Source of the DNA: a virus
Taxonomy: Duplodnaviria > Caudoviricetes
Length of the DNA: 60,101 nucleotides
Direction: 5' to 3' (one strand)
IMG/VR virus record: IMGVR_UViG_3300044970_000208
Coordinates: 1-60,101 of that record
Below the pieces are notes generated by a model. That model searched no databases, was not told the origin of the DNA, and was given only the letters and a program-made list of their open reading frames with translations. Every line of letters starts with the position of its first letter. The stretch's first letter is position 1. Positions 23,321-32,365 of the stretch are shown piece after piece. The translations under genes were made by a program, and so were the position numbers.

Positions 23321-24277
23321 ATGACACGACAATACAAAATGAATACGGAAACTACAGCGTTCCGTCCCTTCACCTACCCTTGGGCATATGACGCTTGGCT
23401 GCAACATGAACAGAGTCATTGGTTGCACAGCGAAGTGCCAATGTCTGAGGACGTTAAAGACTACAAGAAACTCAACAAAGATGAACAAGAGTTTCTGACA
23501 AAGATATTGCGCTTCTTTGTACAAGGTGACTTGGATATTGGTAGCGGCTATCACGACCATTACATCCCTGCGTTTCGTAACCACGAAATCAAAATGATGT
23601 TGAGTGGTTTTGCTGCCCGTGAAGCGTTGCATGTTGCGGCCTATGCTCATTTGATTGAAACACTTGGTCTGCCTGAGTCAACCTACAACGAGTTCTTACA
23701 ATACAAAGAGATGCTGGACAAGCATGAGTATGTGCAGCGCATTGAAGGTGCTCCAATGGCTGAGAAGATTGCCACCATCTCCGCATTCGGTGAGGGCATG
23801 CAACTATTCTCTAGCTTTGTAATGTTGCTCAACTTCGCACGTAACGGCAAACTGAAGGGGTTGGGTCAGATCATTAGCTGGTCCATCACCGACGAGACAA
23901 TGCATGCCGAAGGAATGATAAAGGTATACAGAGAATATGTTAAACATCACCAAGACGAAACGACACCTGAGCAGATTAAGAAGATTGCTCAAGAGATGGT
24001 GGATATTGAAGACAAGTTCATTGATCTTGCTTTCGGTATGTTGGAAGTTGAGAAGCTTACCAAAGAAGAAGTGAAGCAATACATTCGCTACATTGCTGAT
24101 CGTCGCCTCATCTCGATGGGCATGAAGGGTATCTACAAGATTAAGAAGAATCCTTTGCCTTGGGTTGATGGCATGCTCGGTACATCACACACCAACTTCT
24201 TTGAGCAGAAAGTGACAGACTATAGCAAGGGTGCTCAGACTGGTACATGGGATGATGTGTGGGGTAGGGCAGCATGA
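23321..24277 (+). CDS. nrdB: Ribonucleotide reductase class I, beta subunit
   Basis: EALH..AY, EG..LFSSF, DETMH, NFFE. Confidence 0.95.
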   Translation: MTRQYKMNTETTAFRPFTYPWAYDAWLQHEQSHWLHSEVPMSEDVKDYKKLNKDEQEFLTKILRFFVQGDLDIGSGYHDHYIPAFRNHEIKMMLSGFAAREALHVAAYAHLIETLGLPESTYNEFLQYKEMLDKHEYVQRIEGAPMAEKIATISAFGEGMQLFSSFVMLLNFARNGKLKGLGQIISWSITDETMHAEGMIKVYREYVKHHQDETTPEQIKKIAQEMVDIEDKFIDLAFGMLEVEKLTKEEVKQYIRYIADRRLISMGMKGIYKIKKNPLPWVDGMLGTSHTNFFEQKVTDYSKGAQTGTWDDVWGRAA

Positions 24278-24456
24278 GAAACTTCACTGTCAGCTACAGC
24301 AGCCAATGCAACGTCTTCAAAGGTGTGTTGCATGTTAAAGCAAACACCATCTCTGAAGCACAGGACAAGTTCTTTGAATGGCTGCGAGAACAACCCACAT
24401 ATCCACATCTTTGGCAACTCACTTTCGAGTTCACAGAGATCGGAACTAGTCTATAA
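24274..24456 (+). CDS. Hypothetical protein, 60 aa
   Basis: Coupled packing. Confidence 0.65.
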   Translation: MRNFTVSYSSQCNVFKGVLHVKANTISEAQDKFFEWLREQPTYPHLWQLTFEFTEIGTSL

Positions 24457-24509
24457 TGTCCCCTAAGAAGCCCCATGTCGGGGCTTCTTCACAACCAAAG
24501 GAAGTATTG

Positions 24510-25256
24510 ATGGTTACTAAACGAAAAGCAGCACCAGCACAGGTCCACGAATCACCAGCACCAGCTACTAAAAACAATAGCTTGCGTGTACGACTCGATG
24601 ACATGGCAACGATCCAGCCCAAGACAGCAAAGCAGAAGGAATTCTTCGATGCCTATAACGCTGGTGACTACTTCATGTGTTTGCATGGTGTTGCTGGTAC
24701 AGGTAAGACTTACATTGCTCTGTACAAAGCGCTTGAAGAAGTGATGGACAAGACTAGCCCGTATAAGAAGGTCGTCATTGTTCGTAGCTCTGTGCAAAGT
24801 CGTGACATGGGTTTCTTACCCGGTGACGCTAACGAGAAGATGGAGACATTCATCCAGCCCTATCGTCAAATCTGTGCTGACCTGTTCAACCGCAAGGATG
24901 CATGGGATAGATTGTCTGAACAGGGCTACATCGAATTCATTTCGACCAGCTTCATTCGTGGCACCACCTTCACCAACTCCATCTTGTTGGCTGATGAAAT
25001 TCAGAACATGGGATTTGAAGAACTCGACACCATCGTCACTCGTGTCGGTCACACATCGAAGATCATCTACTGCGGTGACATCCGACAGACTGACTTGAAG
25101 AAGAAGGACGACAAGACAGGCTTACCAAAGTTCTTGGACATTGTGCAGGACATGAGAGAGTTCAGCAGGTTTGAGTTTGGTATGGATGATATTGTCCGAA
25201 GCAGCTTGGTGAAGAACTACATCATTGCTAAAACACTTTATGAGGATCGTCAATAA
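24510..25256 (+). CDS. phoH: PhoH family ATPase
   Basis: GVAGTGKT, GFLPG, IRGTT, DEIQN, TRVG, GD..Q.D, DIVRS. Confidence 0.95.
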   Translation: MVTKRKAAPAQVHESPAPATKNNSLRVRLDDMATIQPKTAKQKEFFDAYNAGDYFMCLHGVAGTGKTYIALYKALEEVMDKTSPYKKVVIVRSSVQSRDMGFLPGDANEKMETFIQPYRQICADLFNRKDAWDRLSEQGYIEFISTSFIRGTTFTNSILLADEIQNMGFEELDTIVTRVGHTSKIIYCGDIRQTDLKKKDDKTGLPKFLDIVQDMREFSRFEFGMDDIVRSSLVKNYIIAKTLYEDRQ

Positions 25257-25456
25257 TGTTAGTCATTAACTTGCGACAAGGCATCGGCTTTGACATTGAA
25301 TACAACGAAGACATCTGTCACATCGTTGACACTGGTGAAACACATGACACACTGCATGCCTTCAACGGCATCATCTTGTTGTTACCCTTCATCAAAATCT
25401 ATCTCGGTGATTTCGATCAAATTGGTGAACTAATCCCGAGCAAGAAAGATGATTGA
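25256..25456 (+). CDS. Hypothetical protein, 66 aa
   Basis: Coupled packing. Confidence 0.7.
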   Translation: MLVINLRQGIGFDIEYNEDICHIVDTGETHDTLHAFNGIILLLPFIKIYLGDFDQIGELIPSKKDD

Positions 25457-25937
25457 GGTAGTCATCACAGGCGACATGCTTGTCACTGCCCGAGACAAAG
25501 CGGCAGAGATGGGCAGGCTGCGTAACAGCATCATCAGTGGGGCAGGCAACTTAGCTGGCTTCATAGGTGAGGCTATTGCTCAGCAGGTTATGGAAGGTGT
25601 ACTCGCTAACACCTACGACTATGACCTCATCTTGTGTAACGGTAAGACAGTGGATGTGAAAACTAAACAGACTTCTGTTAAGCCGTTAGAAACCTATGAG
25701 TGTTCTATTGCTGCTTTAAATACAACCCAAGAGTGTGACTACTATGCTTTCGTTCGTGTGAAGAATGACTTCAGCATTGGTTGGTTCTTGGGTGTGTACG
25801 AAAAACAACAGTACATGCTTGACGCAAAGTATCTGACTAAGGGTACAATTGATAGTGACAATGGCTATGTAGTTAAGAGCGATTGTTACAACCTTCCTAT
25901 CCACCAACTAAAGGAGCATACCCATGCAACCCGCTAA
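25449..25937 (+). CDS. Putative PD-(D/E)xK nuclease-fold protein
   Basis: GE helix, YDYD, DVKTK pattern. Confidence 0.55.
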   Translation: MIEVVITGDMLVTARDKAAEMGRLRNSIISGAGNLAGFIGEAIAQQVMEGVLANTYDYDLILCNGKTVDVKTKQTSVKPLETYECSIAALNTTQECDYYAFVRVKNDFSIGWFLGVYEKQQYMLDAKYLTKGTIDSDNGYVVKSDCYNLPIHQLKEHTHATR

Positions 25938-26097
25938 TAAAGCCACCATCATCTTCACCGATAACAATGACGGTGGTCTTGAGATGCAAATCTTGTTTGA
26001 CCCTGAACCAGTCAACAAAGAATCCAACGCACACATCGCTGCTGTGTTGGCCTACCAATACATCACAGAGAAAGCAAGCGAAGATGAATCAGCCTGA
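25924..26097 (+). CDS. Hypothetical protein, 57 aa (MQPANKATIIF...)
   Basis: AAGGAG RBS; fills the gap. Confidence 0.65.
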   Translation: MQPANKATIIFTDNNDGGLEMQILFDPEPVNKESNAHIAAVLAYQYITEKASEDESA

Positions 26098-26377
26098 TCA
26101 ACCTATCAAGCGCACCTCTGTCACCACGACAGACATGCAGCAGAAAACTAAGAAGGTGGAGTACTTTGTTGTGCCTGACACGACAACAACACTCTGCTTC
26201 ATGCACCTGCACTGTGGCTTTCTTATCATTGGTAAGAGTGCCTGTGTAGACCCCGCTAAGTTCAACACAGCCCTTGGTGAAAAGTATTCCTATGAGGATG
26301 CCATCAACAAGATGTGGGAACTAGAGGGCTATCTGTTGTCCAACGAACTATATGGAGATGGTTATGCAACAATTTAA
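26084..26377 (+). CDS. N4 Gp49/Sf6 gp66 family protein
   Basis: TLC....GF...G.SACVDP..F....G...A..K.WELEGYLL; start reassigned to MNQPD. Confidence 0.85.
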   Translation: MNQPDQPIKRTSVTTTDMQQKTKKVEYFVVPDTTTTLCFMHLHCGFLIIGKSACVDPAKFNTALGEKYSYEDAINKMWELEGYLLSNELYGDGYATI

Positions 26378-26537
26378 ACGACCACAACATTTACTGAGCA
26401 TTCAATTCGGTAAAGGCTTTTATGCCTTTAGTCGTGGATGGCTTGGTAATAGCTACGACCCTGACAGTTTAGCTGGTAAGGAATGGCAACGTGGATGGGA
26501 CGCTGCCTACTTTGACAACCTTGCTAAATTAAAATGA
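26364..26537 (+). CDS. Small Rmf/CrpP-like protein
   Basis: GF.AF..G...N.Y.....EWQRGW. Confidence 0.6.
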   Translation: MQQFKRPQHLLSIQFGKGFYAFSRGWLGNSYDPDSLAGKEWQRGWDAAYFDNLAKLK

Positions 26538-26917
26538 CATCATTCAATCGACTTCATAACATGAGGAATCCCAATCAAGGGACAGCAAAGAAGGTGTTGT
26601 GCGTATGCTCAGCAGGCTTGTTGCGTAGCCCTACATTGGCTTGGATTCTTTCTAACGAACCCTTCAACTACAATACCAGAGCAGTTGGTACATCCAACGA
26701 GTATGCTTTGATTGCACTTGACGAAGTTCAACTTCAATGGGCTGATGCTGTAGTATTTGTTGATGATGGTAATTACCGTGTTGCATGTTACGATCACGAA
26801 GAACTCATCGTCAACATGGAACATCATGTGTTGGAGATTCCTGACATTTATCAGTTCCGTCATCCCAAGCTTGTAGAGGCTGCAACAAAGCAGTTGAAAG
26901 AAGCGTTTAAGGTGTAA
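26534..26917 (+). CDS. Low-molecular-weight protein tyrosine phosphatase-like protein
   Basis: VCSAGLLRSPT (Cx5R), WAD, IPD. Confidence 0.85.
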   Translation: MTSFNRLHNMRNPNQGTAKKVLCVCSAGLLRSPTLAWILSNEPFNYNTRAVGTSNEYALIALDEVQLQWADAVVFVDDGNYRVACYDHEELIVNMEHHVLEIPDIYQFRHPKLVEAATKQLKEAFKV

Positions 26918-26919
26918 AC

Positions 26920-26951
26920 AAAAAGGGGAGCCTATGTAGCTCCCCTTTTTT
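26920..26951. terminator. Bidirectional intrinsic terminator between the two arms
   Basis: AAAAAGGGGAGC-loop-GCTCCCCTTTTTT. Confidence 0.92.
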
Positions 26952-26965
26952 ATTGTCGGTACTTA

Positions 26966-29900
26966 TCACCGACGACTTGCTAGACCACCCTTTGCCAGCT
27001 TTGGTACAAACTTTCTCACCTCATCCAATGGCTTAGTTCGTTTAGCTTCATCAGTGGCTTTAGAAATTGCAGGCTCAGTCTGCTGAAACTTCTTCAGTTT
27101 GTCTGTAAGTTCATACAGGTTCTGTGCTTTCTGCTTGGCCCCGCCAGCATCTAAGATGTCAGCAACCTCACGCATCTGTCGTTGAATACCTGAATAGTCT
27201 GCAAAGTTGTTAATTGCAGCTTGGTATTGCTGACCAAGACCGGACTTTGTAGACGTTGCTGTAGCCATATCCAGATAGCTGTTCATCAAATCTTTGATAC
27301 CAGTGTATGACATGTATGCAAGCTTCATCTTTTCTTTAGGGTCTGGAGTGGTACGAGCAAGCTTCATATACTCAGCCACAACTTCTTCTTCACCCTTCAT
27401 CGTTGCCCTACTCAGACCTTTACCACCAGTCTCCAGCACCCGAGCAACATCCTTCTCACCACTACGCAACTTAGCATCTCTACCTTTGACACGAAGCTTC
27501 TCAGCTTCCAACATCATGTCTTCTGTTTCTAAGAAACCAGCACGAGGTAGACCAATCGGACGAACAACACCGGGTGCGCCAGTGACAGCGCGAAGGATTG
27601 TGTTCATGTCTTTCCTGTCATACTTCTCAGGAGCCATGTTGATTTTGTTGAACACATAATCAGCGTATGGAATCTCGGTGACAACATAGTTCTGTGGTTT
27701 TGTTCCACCAAACGGTGTACCTCTAAATCCAAGATTTAAGTCTTTAGTGAACGAAGGAGCACCCACCATCATTTCAGAATGGAAGAACTCATCACGCTTA
27801 GATGGGTCCGTAAAGCCTGACTTCTTCAACGTGTCCACGTCTTCAGTAACACCTTGACCGTGGAACAACTTAACAGGTGGCACATCCTTATACTTCTCAC
27901 GCAGTGTTTCAAGACGTTTCTGATATTGACCAGCCATCTTCATAACATCGGCAAGCATAGAGGGGTCTTTAGGATTGAGTTCAACACCACGAGAATATCG
28001 ATAGTCACCCAACACCACACCCAACACATCGTCATCTATTGACGAAAACTTATCGTTGTTACGGAGCTTAAAAAAGCTGTCTTCGCGTGTCTCTTTGATG
28101 GCAGCAACAGCTTTGTTACGCGCAACAACACTGACATTACCAGTGATGCTATTAACATCACCAGACAAATACTTAGGATCAACACCGTATTCATCAGCAA
28201 CCGGTTCAGCCTTTCTAACCACAGCCTTACCACCAACACTGACAGGATTACCGTCCATGTCATATTCAACTTCATCCACCAAAGACTCAGCAGACTCATC
28301 AGCCTTCTTAGCAAATGGCTGTGGTGGCATCTCAGAGAACTTCAACCCTTTAGCCTGACCAGTGAAGCTATGTAGAGTGTTGGCATAGTCTTCAGGGTTA
28401 GCTACCTTCCAACTCTTCAACTGAGCAGGTGTGTACAGGTCAAGCATCGCCTCTTCACCCATGATGTAGTCTTCGTCAGCAAAGGCTTTAGAAGGCGCAG
28501 GAGCCTCTATCGCCTGTGCTGGTGGGGTAGGCATGGCTTGTTCTGTTGGTGCTGCTGTAGGGGCTGTGATAGCCTTTGGTGCAGCTTTAGCAGAAGGTGT
28601 GATAGCCTTTGGTGCAGCTTTAGCAGAAGGTGTGATAGCCTTTGGTGCAGCTTTGGTTGGTGCAGGCTTCTTAGTCAGCATGTTTGCCATCTGATCCATC
28701 ACAGGTGACGGAGCTTCGACAGGTGCGCCAGCATCTTTCCTAACTTGTTGCAACAAATTCATTGTTTCATCAAGCAATGTAGACTTACCAGTCTTCTTCA
28801 ATGCTTCTTTGGCAACAACACCACCAGCAGCAAAACCGGGTTTGTCATCCTGTACAGCCAATGGTGCTCTCTGTACAGTTTTAGCCAACTGCAAAGCAAT
28901 ACCAAACTTACGGAAGTCTGTGTCCTCAGTTAAACTTCTACCAAGTTGTTGTTTATACAAATCAGTTGTAGCCTTACGAACCTTTGGAGGCAAAGCTTCA
29001 AACTTCTTCTGTTCAATTGGAGGAACTTGTTCACGACTATAGTAGTCCTGAATAGATTCCAGTGTTGCAATGTTCTTGGCTTGTGTCTGAAGTTGTGAAA
29101 GTCGATTCTTCAACTCACCAAACTGACCTTCTCTTGAAGCGTTCTTATATTCATCGCTGCGAAGATAGGGCAACAACATAGCTTCAATGTTTTCTGCCAT
29201 GAATTTACGAGCTTGAGAGTCAACAGTTTTATCACCAGTGGTTCTGAAGACAGACTGGTAAGGAATATTAAGACGTTCAATCTCAGTTTCGATTTCATTC
29301 TTTGGAGGAACCAAAGCCAAACCTGTCATCTGCTTGAATGGACCTGTGTCGCGTGGTGCAGCCTTTTCTCGTGTTGCTGGTTGGTACTCAGGCAACGCTT
29401 GCTTCAAGATGGGAATACCCTTCTGAATAGAGCGACCAATAATCTCACCAGCACCAAGCTTTTCACCGGGCTGAGTGACAAAGATGTCACGCTGCATTGC
29501 CTCGTCCCTGTCGAATGCGCTGATCAAATCACTGAATTGATTCAATGGGACAGTGGCGCGACCAAGCCATGCACCGATAAACTCAGCACCAGACTTGCTC
29601 ATCTTATTCAAAGCAGCTTCATCGGATTCATCGCCTGTGAAGTTGGCAGAAATAGACGATGCGGCTTCACGAGCCACATCAACCATCTGACCTTGTGTAC
29701 CTACAGCTTTGAAACCAGTCAGTGCTTCAACCAAGTCTTTGGTCTTGAAGTCTTCAGGATTACCGTTGATTGTTTTGTAATAGAAGTCTGCAAGCGCAAG
29801 AGGAACGTTCAAGGGAAACAAAAACTTAGCGTCAACGGTTGTGCCGTCATCGCTCTTCATAATGTTCCAAGGAGTGTCTTGGTTTTCTTCACGATATTTG

Positions 29901-32362
29901 TACGCAGCAATGAGTGTTGCAGCACCTGTGGCTTGCTGTGCAATACGAGTTGAACCCTGCATCAACAAAGCCTGCCCTGCCTCGTCACCATTACGAAGCA
30001 TGCTGACACCTCTAATCATGTCTGCTGCACCCATACCTGCGGTAAGGCCGGGGTTGTAATGTTTCCATGTCCACTTAGTGGCGTTGACAAGGAATCGTGC
30101 AAAAGGAAATACCACAGTGCTTACAGGTCGAGCAGCTTCAACGCCTTTAACAAACGCCAGTCCCAATCCTTCTGTGGGTGTCTTGCTGAATGTGAATTCA
30201 AGAGCATCGTCAACACCTTTACGCAAGATGTCGATGGGGATATTCTTACCCTGCGCCATTGTGTCCAGCATATCCAAACCAACTTGTCGCATGTGATAGT
30301 CAATCGACGAAGCAAACACAGCACGACGAATGTAGTTGTCCATCAACACAGCAGGTGTATTCAAGATACGCACAGGAGCAATCAAGTCAGTCTGCTTCAT
30401 CTCTTCAGCAGTCGCCAACATCTTGCTCATCAGCATTGGGTTGTTCTTCAGAGCTTCTTCAGTGATGTCCTTAGACAATTCTTGTTGACCGAGATAGAAC
30501 CATGTATCGACTGTGTCATCGATAGCGCCATGTATACCGCGACCAATGTCACCCTTAACAGGACTACCACGCATTTCACCAGCAAGCTTACGACCAGTGT
30601 TGAACAGCAAAGATTCAAGACCTTCTTCAACAGCACCGTATGTAGAGTTGACACCAACACCAAATGCGTTACGCATCACCGTAGCCATGTTGGTTGTCAT
30701 GGCTGTAATCATGTTGCGGTCAGCACGATCAATGTAACCTTTCAATGTTGCCAGTGCGCCAGTTGAGGGGTCTGGTTTACCCAACAAAGCGTCAACAGCT
30801 TTGGCTGATTCAGGGTCAACCTCTCGCATCTTATTGATCATGCGGCTGATGACAGACTTGCTTTGCAGAGTACGAGCAGCGTCACTGGTAGATACACCAT
30901 ACATTGCAGAAAACTTCTCAAGAGCGTCAGTGTCTAAGCCACCAGCTTCAAGACGTGTCAGGAAGTTTGGTAGGTCTGTGCCTGCATCCTCAAGCGATTG
31001 AGTAATGACGTTGTCAGGAAGACTGTCAAAGCTTTGCAGAGTACGTTGAACTGCTTCAAAGGTTTGCTCACCCGGTTTAGGTGACATGTCAGGAATCTGT
31101 TTCCAGATAGAAGCAGCAATCAAATCAGCTTGTTTGTCTAACGAGTTCTTCACCTGCATCTGTGCGATGGCAGTGGGAGCGCCTTGTTCATCAAGCAAGT
31201 CACCACCATCATAAATGTTAGTGGTTGTTACAGCTACGTTGTCTGCGTCCTTGTCACCAGTTAAAGTGTCAGGTTTCTTAGCGATGTCGAGTTGCTTCTT
31301 ACGAGCATCAAGAATCTCATTGAGAGTGAAGTCATTACCTTTGAGAAACTTGGTAGAGCCTTTAGCAGCCAGTGCTAATGGTCCCACTTCAACAGCCAAA
31401 CTCAGAGGCGCAGTGATTGCACCAGTCAATGCAGCTTCACCAATATCAATACCTTCAGCAACTTGCTTTTCAATCTGTTCAATCTGTGGCAGCACTTGTT
31501 GTTGTTGCTCTTCAGACAACTGAGGTAACAAAGTCCTCATCTCTTTAGCAGCAGCATCAGCAACAGACAACTCACGCTTCTGTCCATACACGTTGGACAA
31601 GACGTTGGTGGAGGTTTCTGTAGCCAGTGGAGCGCCAACACCGACAGCGCCTGTCTTAGACAACACAGCCTTCTTCAATCCTTCCTGTGTTGCTTTACGC
31701 ATCAAAGGACCAGTGACAACTTTACCAACACCGAGACTAGCCACCGTTGACGGAGCGCTAACAACACCAGCCATGTAGTCTGACACAGCCCTTAATGGGT
31801 TCTGACCACCCTTACTCAAGAAGCCAGCAGTCTTATCAAACAAAGCATAAGCTTCACCAGCCTTCAACACATCTGCTGGTTTGGAATTGTTGATCCAGTC
31901 TTGCTCAGTGAAGTAGTTGATTTCGTTGGTGTTGATGAATCGCATGTGACGAGCGAAACGATCAACATAAGCTGACGCAGATTCACCCGGTTTAGGTTGA
32001 CCAGTCTTACCGAAACGCAATGAAGCGTAGTCCTGAATCTTCTTCAAGTTCTCGGGATTGGTGTACAGTTGTTCAAACGGAATAGTTTCTGTCTTAGCAG
32101 CAGTCTTATCTGCTTCACGCTTTGTTTGCTGACGAGCCAGTGCAGCCTGAGAAGCCTCAAGAACATTGAAGCCTTGAGGCTGTGCAGGAGCAGGTGTTGG
32201 CGCAGCCTGTACAGTTGGTGCTTCCTGTTGAATAGGTTGTGAAGGTGGAATGGTCTGTGTGGGTTTAGGCAGCTTCTTCAAAGCCTCTGCCATTTGTTCC
32301 TTTGACATTCCGTCAGGAAACTCAACAGGACCAACACCAATAATGTCAACGATCTGAGCCAT
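26966..32362 (-). CDS. Giant internal virion (ejection) protein, 1798 aa, with putative C-terminal ADP-ribosyltransferase domain
   Basis: Size and position after the other internal proteins; LFHG...PSFT...ETE near the C-terminus. Confidence 0.75.
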   Translation of the reverse strand: MAQIVDIIGVGPVEFPDGMSKEQMAEALKKLPKPTQTIPPSQPIQQEAPTVQAAPTPAPAQPQGFNVLEASQAALARQQTKREADKTAAKTETIPFEQLYTNPENLKKIQDYASLRFGKTGQPKPGESASAYVDRFARHMRFINTNEINYFTEQDWINNSKPADVLKAGEAYALFDKTAGFLSKGGQNPLRAVSDYMAGVVSAPSTVASLGVGKVVTGPLMRKATQEGLKKAVLSKTGAVGVGAPLATETSTNVLSNVYGQKRELSVADAAAKEMRTLLPQLSEEQQQQVLPQIEQIEKQVAEGIDIGEAALTGAITAPLSLAVEVGPLALAAKGSTKFLKGNDFTLNEILDARKKQLDIAKKPDTLTGDKDADNVAVTTTNIYDGGDLLDEQGAPTAIAQMQVKNSLDKQADLIAASIWKQIPDMSPKPGEQTFEAVQRTLQSFDSLPDNVITQSLEDAGTDLPNFLTRLEAGGLDTDALEKFSAMYGVSTSDAARTLQSKSVISRMINKMREVDPESAKAVDALLGKPDPSTGALATLKGYIDRADRNMITAMTTNMATVMRNAFGVGVNSTYGAVEEGLESLLFNTGRKLAGEMRGSPVKGDIGRGIHGAIDDTVDTWFYLGQQELSKDITEEALKNNPMLMSKMLATAEEMKQTDLIAPVRILNTPAVLMDNYIRRAVFASSIDYHMRQVGLDMLDTMAQGKNIPIDILRKGVDDALEFTFSKTPTEGLGLAFVKGVEAARPVSTVVFPFARFLVNATKWTWKHYNPGLTAGMGAADMIRGVSMLRNGDEAGQALLMQGSTRIAQQATGAATLIAAYKYREENQDTPWNIMKSDDGTTVDAKFLFPLNVPLALADFYYKTINGNPEDFKTKDLVEALTGFKAVGTQGQMVDVAREAASSISANFTGDESDEAALNKMSKSGAEFIGAWLGRATVPLNQFSDLISAFDRDEAMQRDIFVTQPGEKLGAGEIIGRSIQKGIPILKQALPEYQPATREKAAPRDTGPFKQMTGLALVPPKNEIETEIERLNIPYQSVFRTTGDKTVDSQARKFMAENIEAMLLPYLRSDEYKNASREGQFGELKNRLSQLQTQAKNIATLESIQDYYSREQVPPIEQKKFEALPPKVRKATTDLYKQQLGRSLTEDTDFRKFGIALQLAKTVQRAPLAVQDDKPGFAAGGVVAKEALKKTGKSTLLDETMNLLQQVRKDAGAPVEAPSPVMDQMANMLTKKPAPTKAAPKAITPSAKAAPKAITPSAKAAPKAITAPTAAPTEQAMPTPPAQAIEAPAPSKAFADEDYIMGEEAMLDLYTPAQLKSWKVANPEDYANTLHSFTGQAKGLKFSEMPPQPFAKKADESAESLVDEVEYDMDGNPVSVGGKAVVRKAEPVADEYGVDPKYLSGDVNSITGNVSVVARNKAVAAIKETREDSFFKLRNNDKFSSIDDDVLGVVLGDYRYSRGVELNPKDPSMLADVMKMAGQYQKRLETLREKYKDVPPVKLFHGQGVTEDVDTLKKSGFTDPSKRDEFFHSEMMVGAPSFTKDLNLGFRGTPFGGTKPQNYVVTEIPYADYVFNKINMAPEKYDRKDMNTILRAVTGAPGVVRPIGLPRAGFLETEDMMLEAEKLRVKGRDAKLRSGEKDVARVLETGGKGLSRATMKGEEEVVAEYMKLARTTPDPKEKMKLAYMSYTGIKDLMNSYLDMATATSTKSGLGQQYQAAINNFADYSGIQRQMREVADILDAGGAKQKAQNLYELTDKLKKFQQTEPAISKATDEAKRTKPLDEVRKFVPKLAKGGLASRR
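28565..28654 (-). repeat. 33-bp in-frame tandem repeat, about 2.7 copies (KAAPKAITPSA)
   Basis: Unit TGTGATAGCCTTTGGTGCAGCTTTAGCAGAAGG on the plus strand. Confidence 0.95.
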
Positions 32363-32365
32363 TAA

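Noticed and set aside
14762-24277. Introns or inteins in polymerase, nrdA or nrdB
   Set aside because: Frames are continuous, of compact length, and show no splicing motifs
28565-28654. CRISPR-like mini-array
   Set aside because: Head-to-tail in-frame coding repeat with no spacers
26966-32362. Virion RNA polymerase (N4- or crAss-like) that would read the GNA hairpins
   Set aside because: No recognisable RNA polymerase catalytic motifs, and strong sigma70 promoters already explain early transcription; a profile search is needed to exclude it fully
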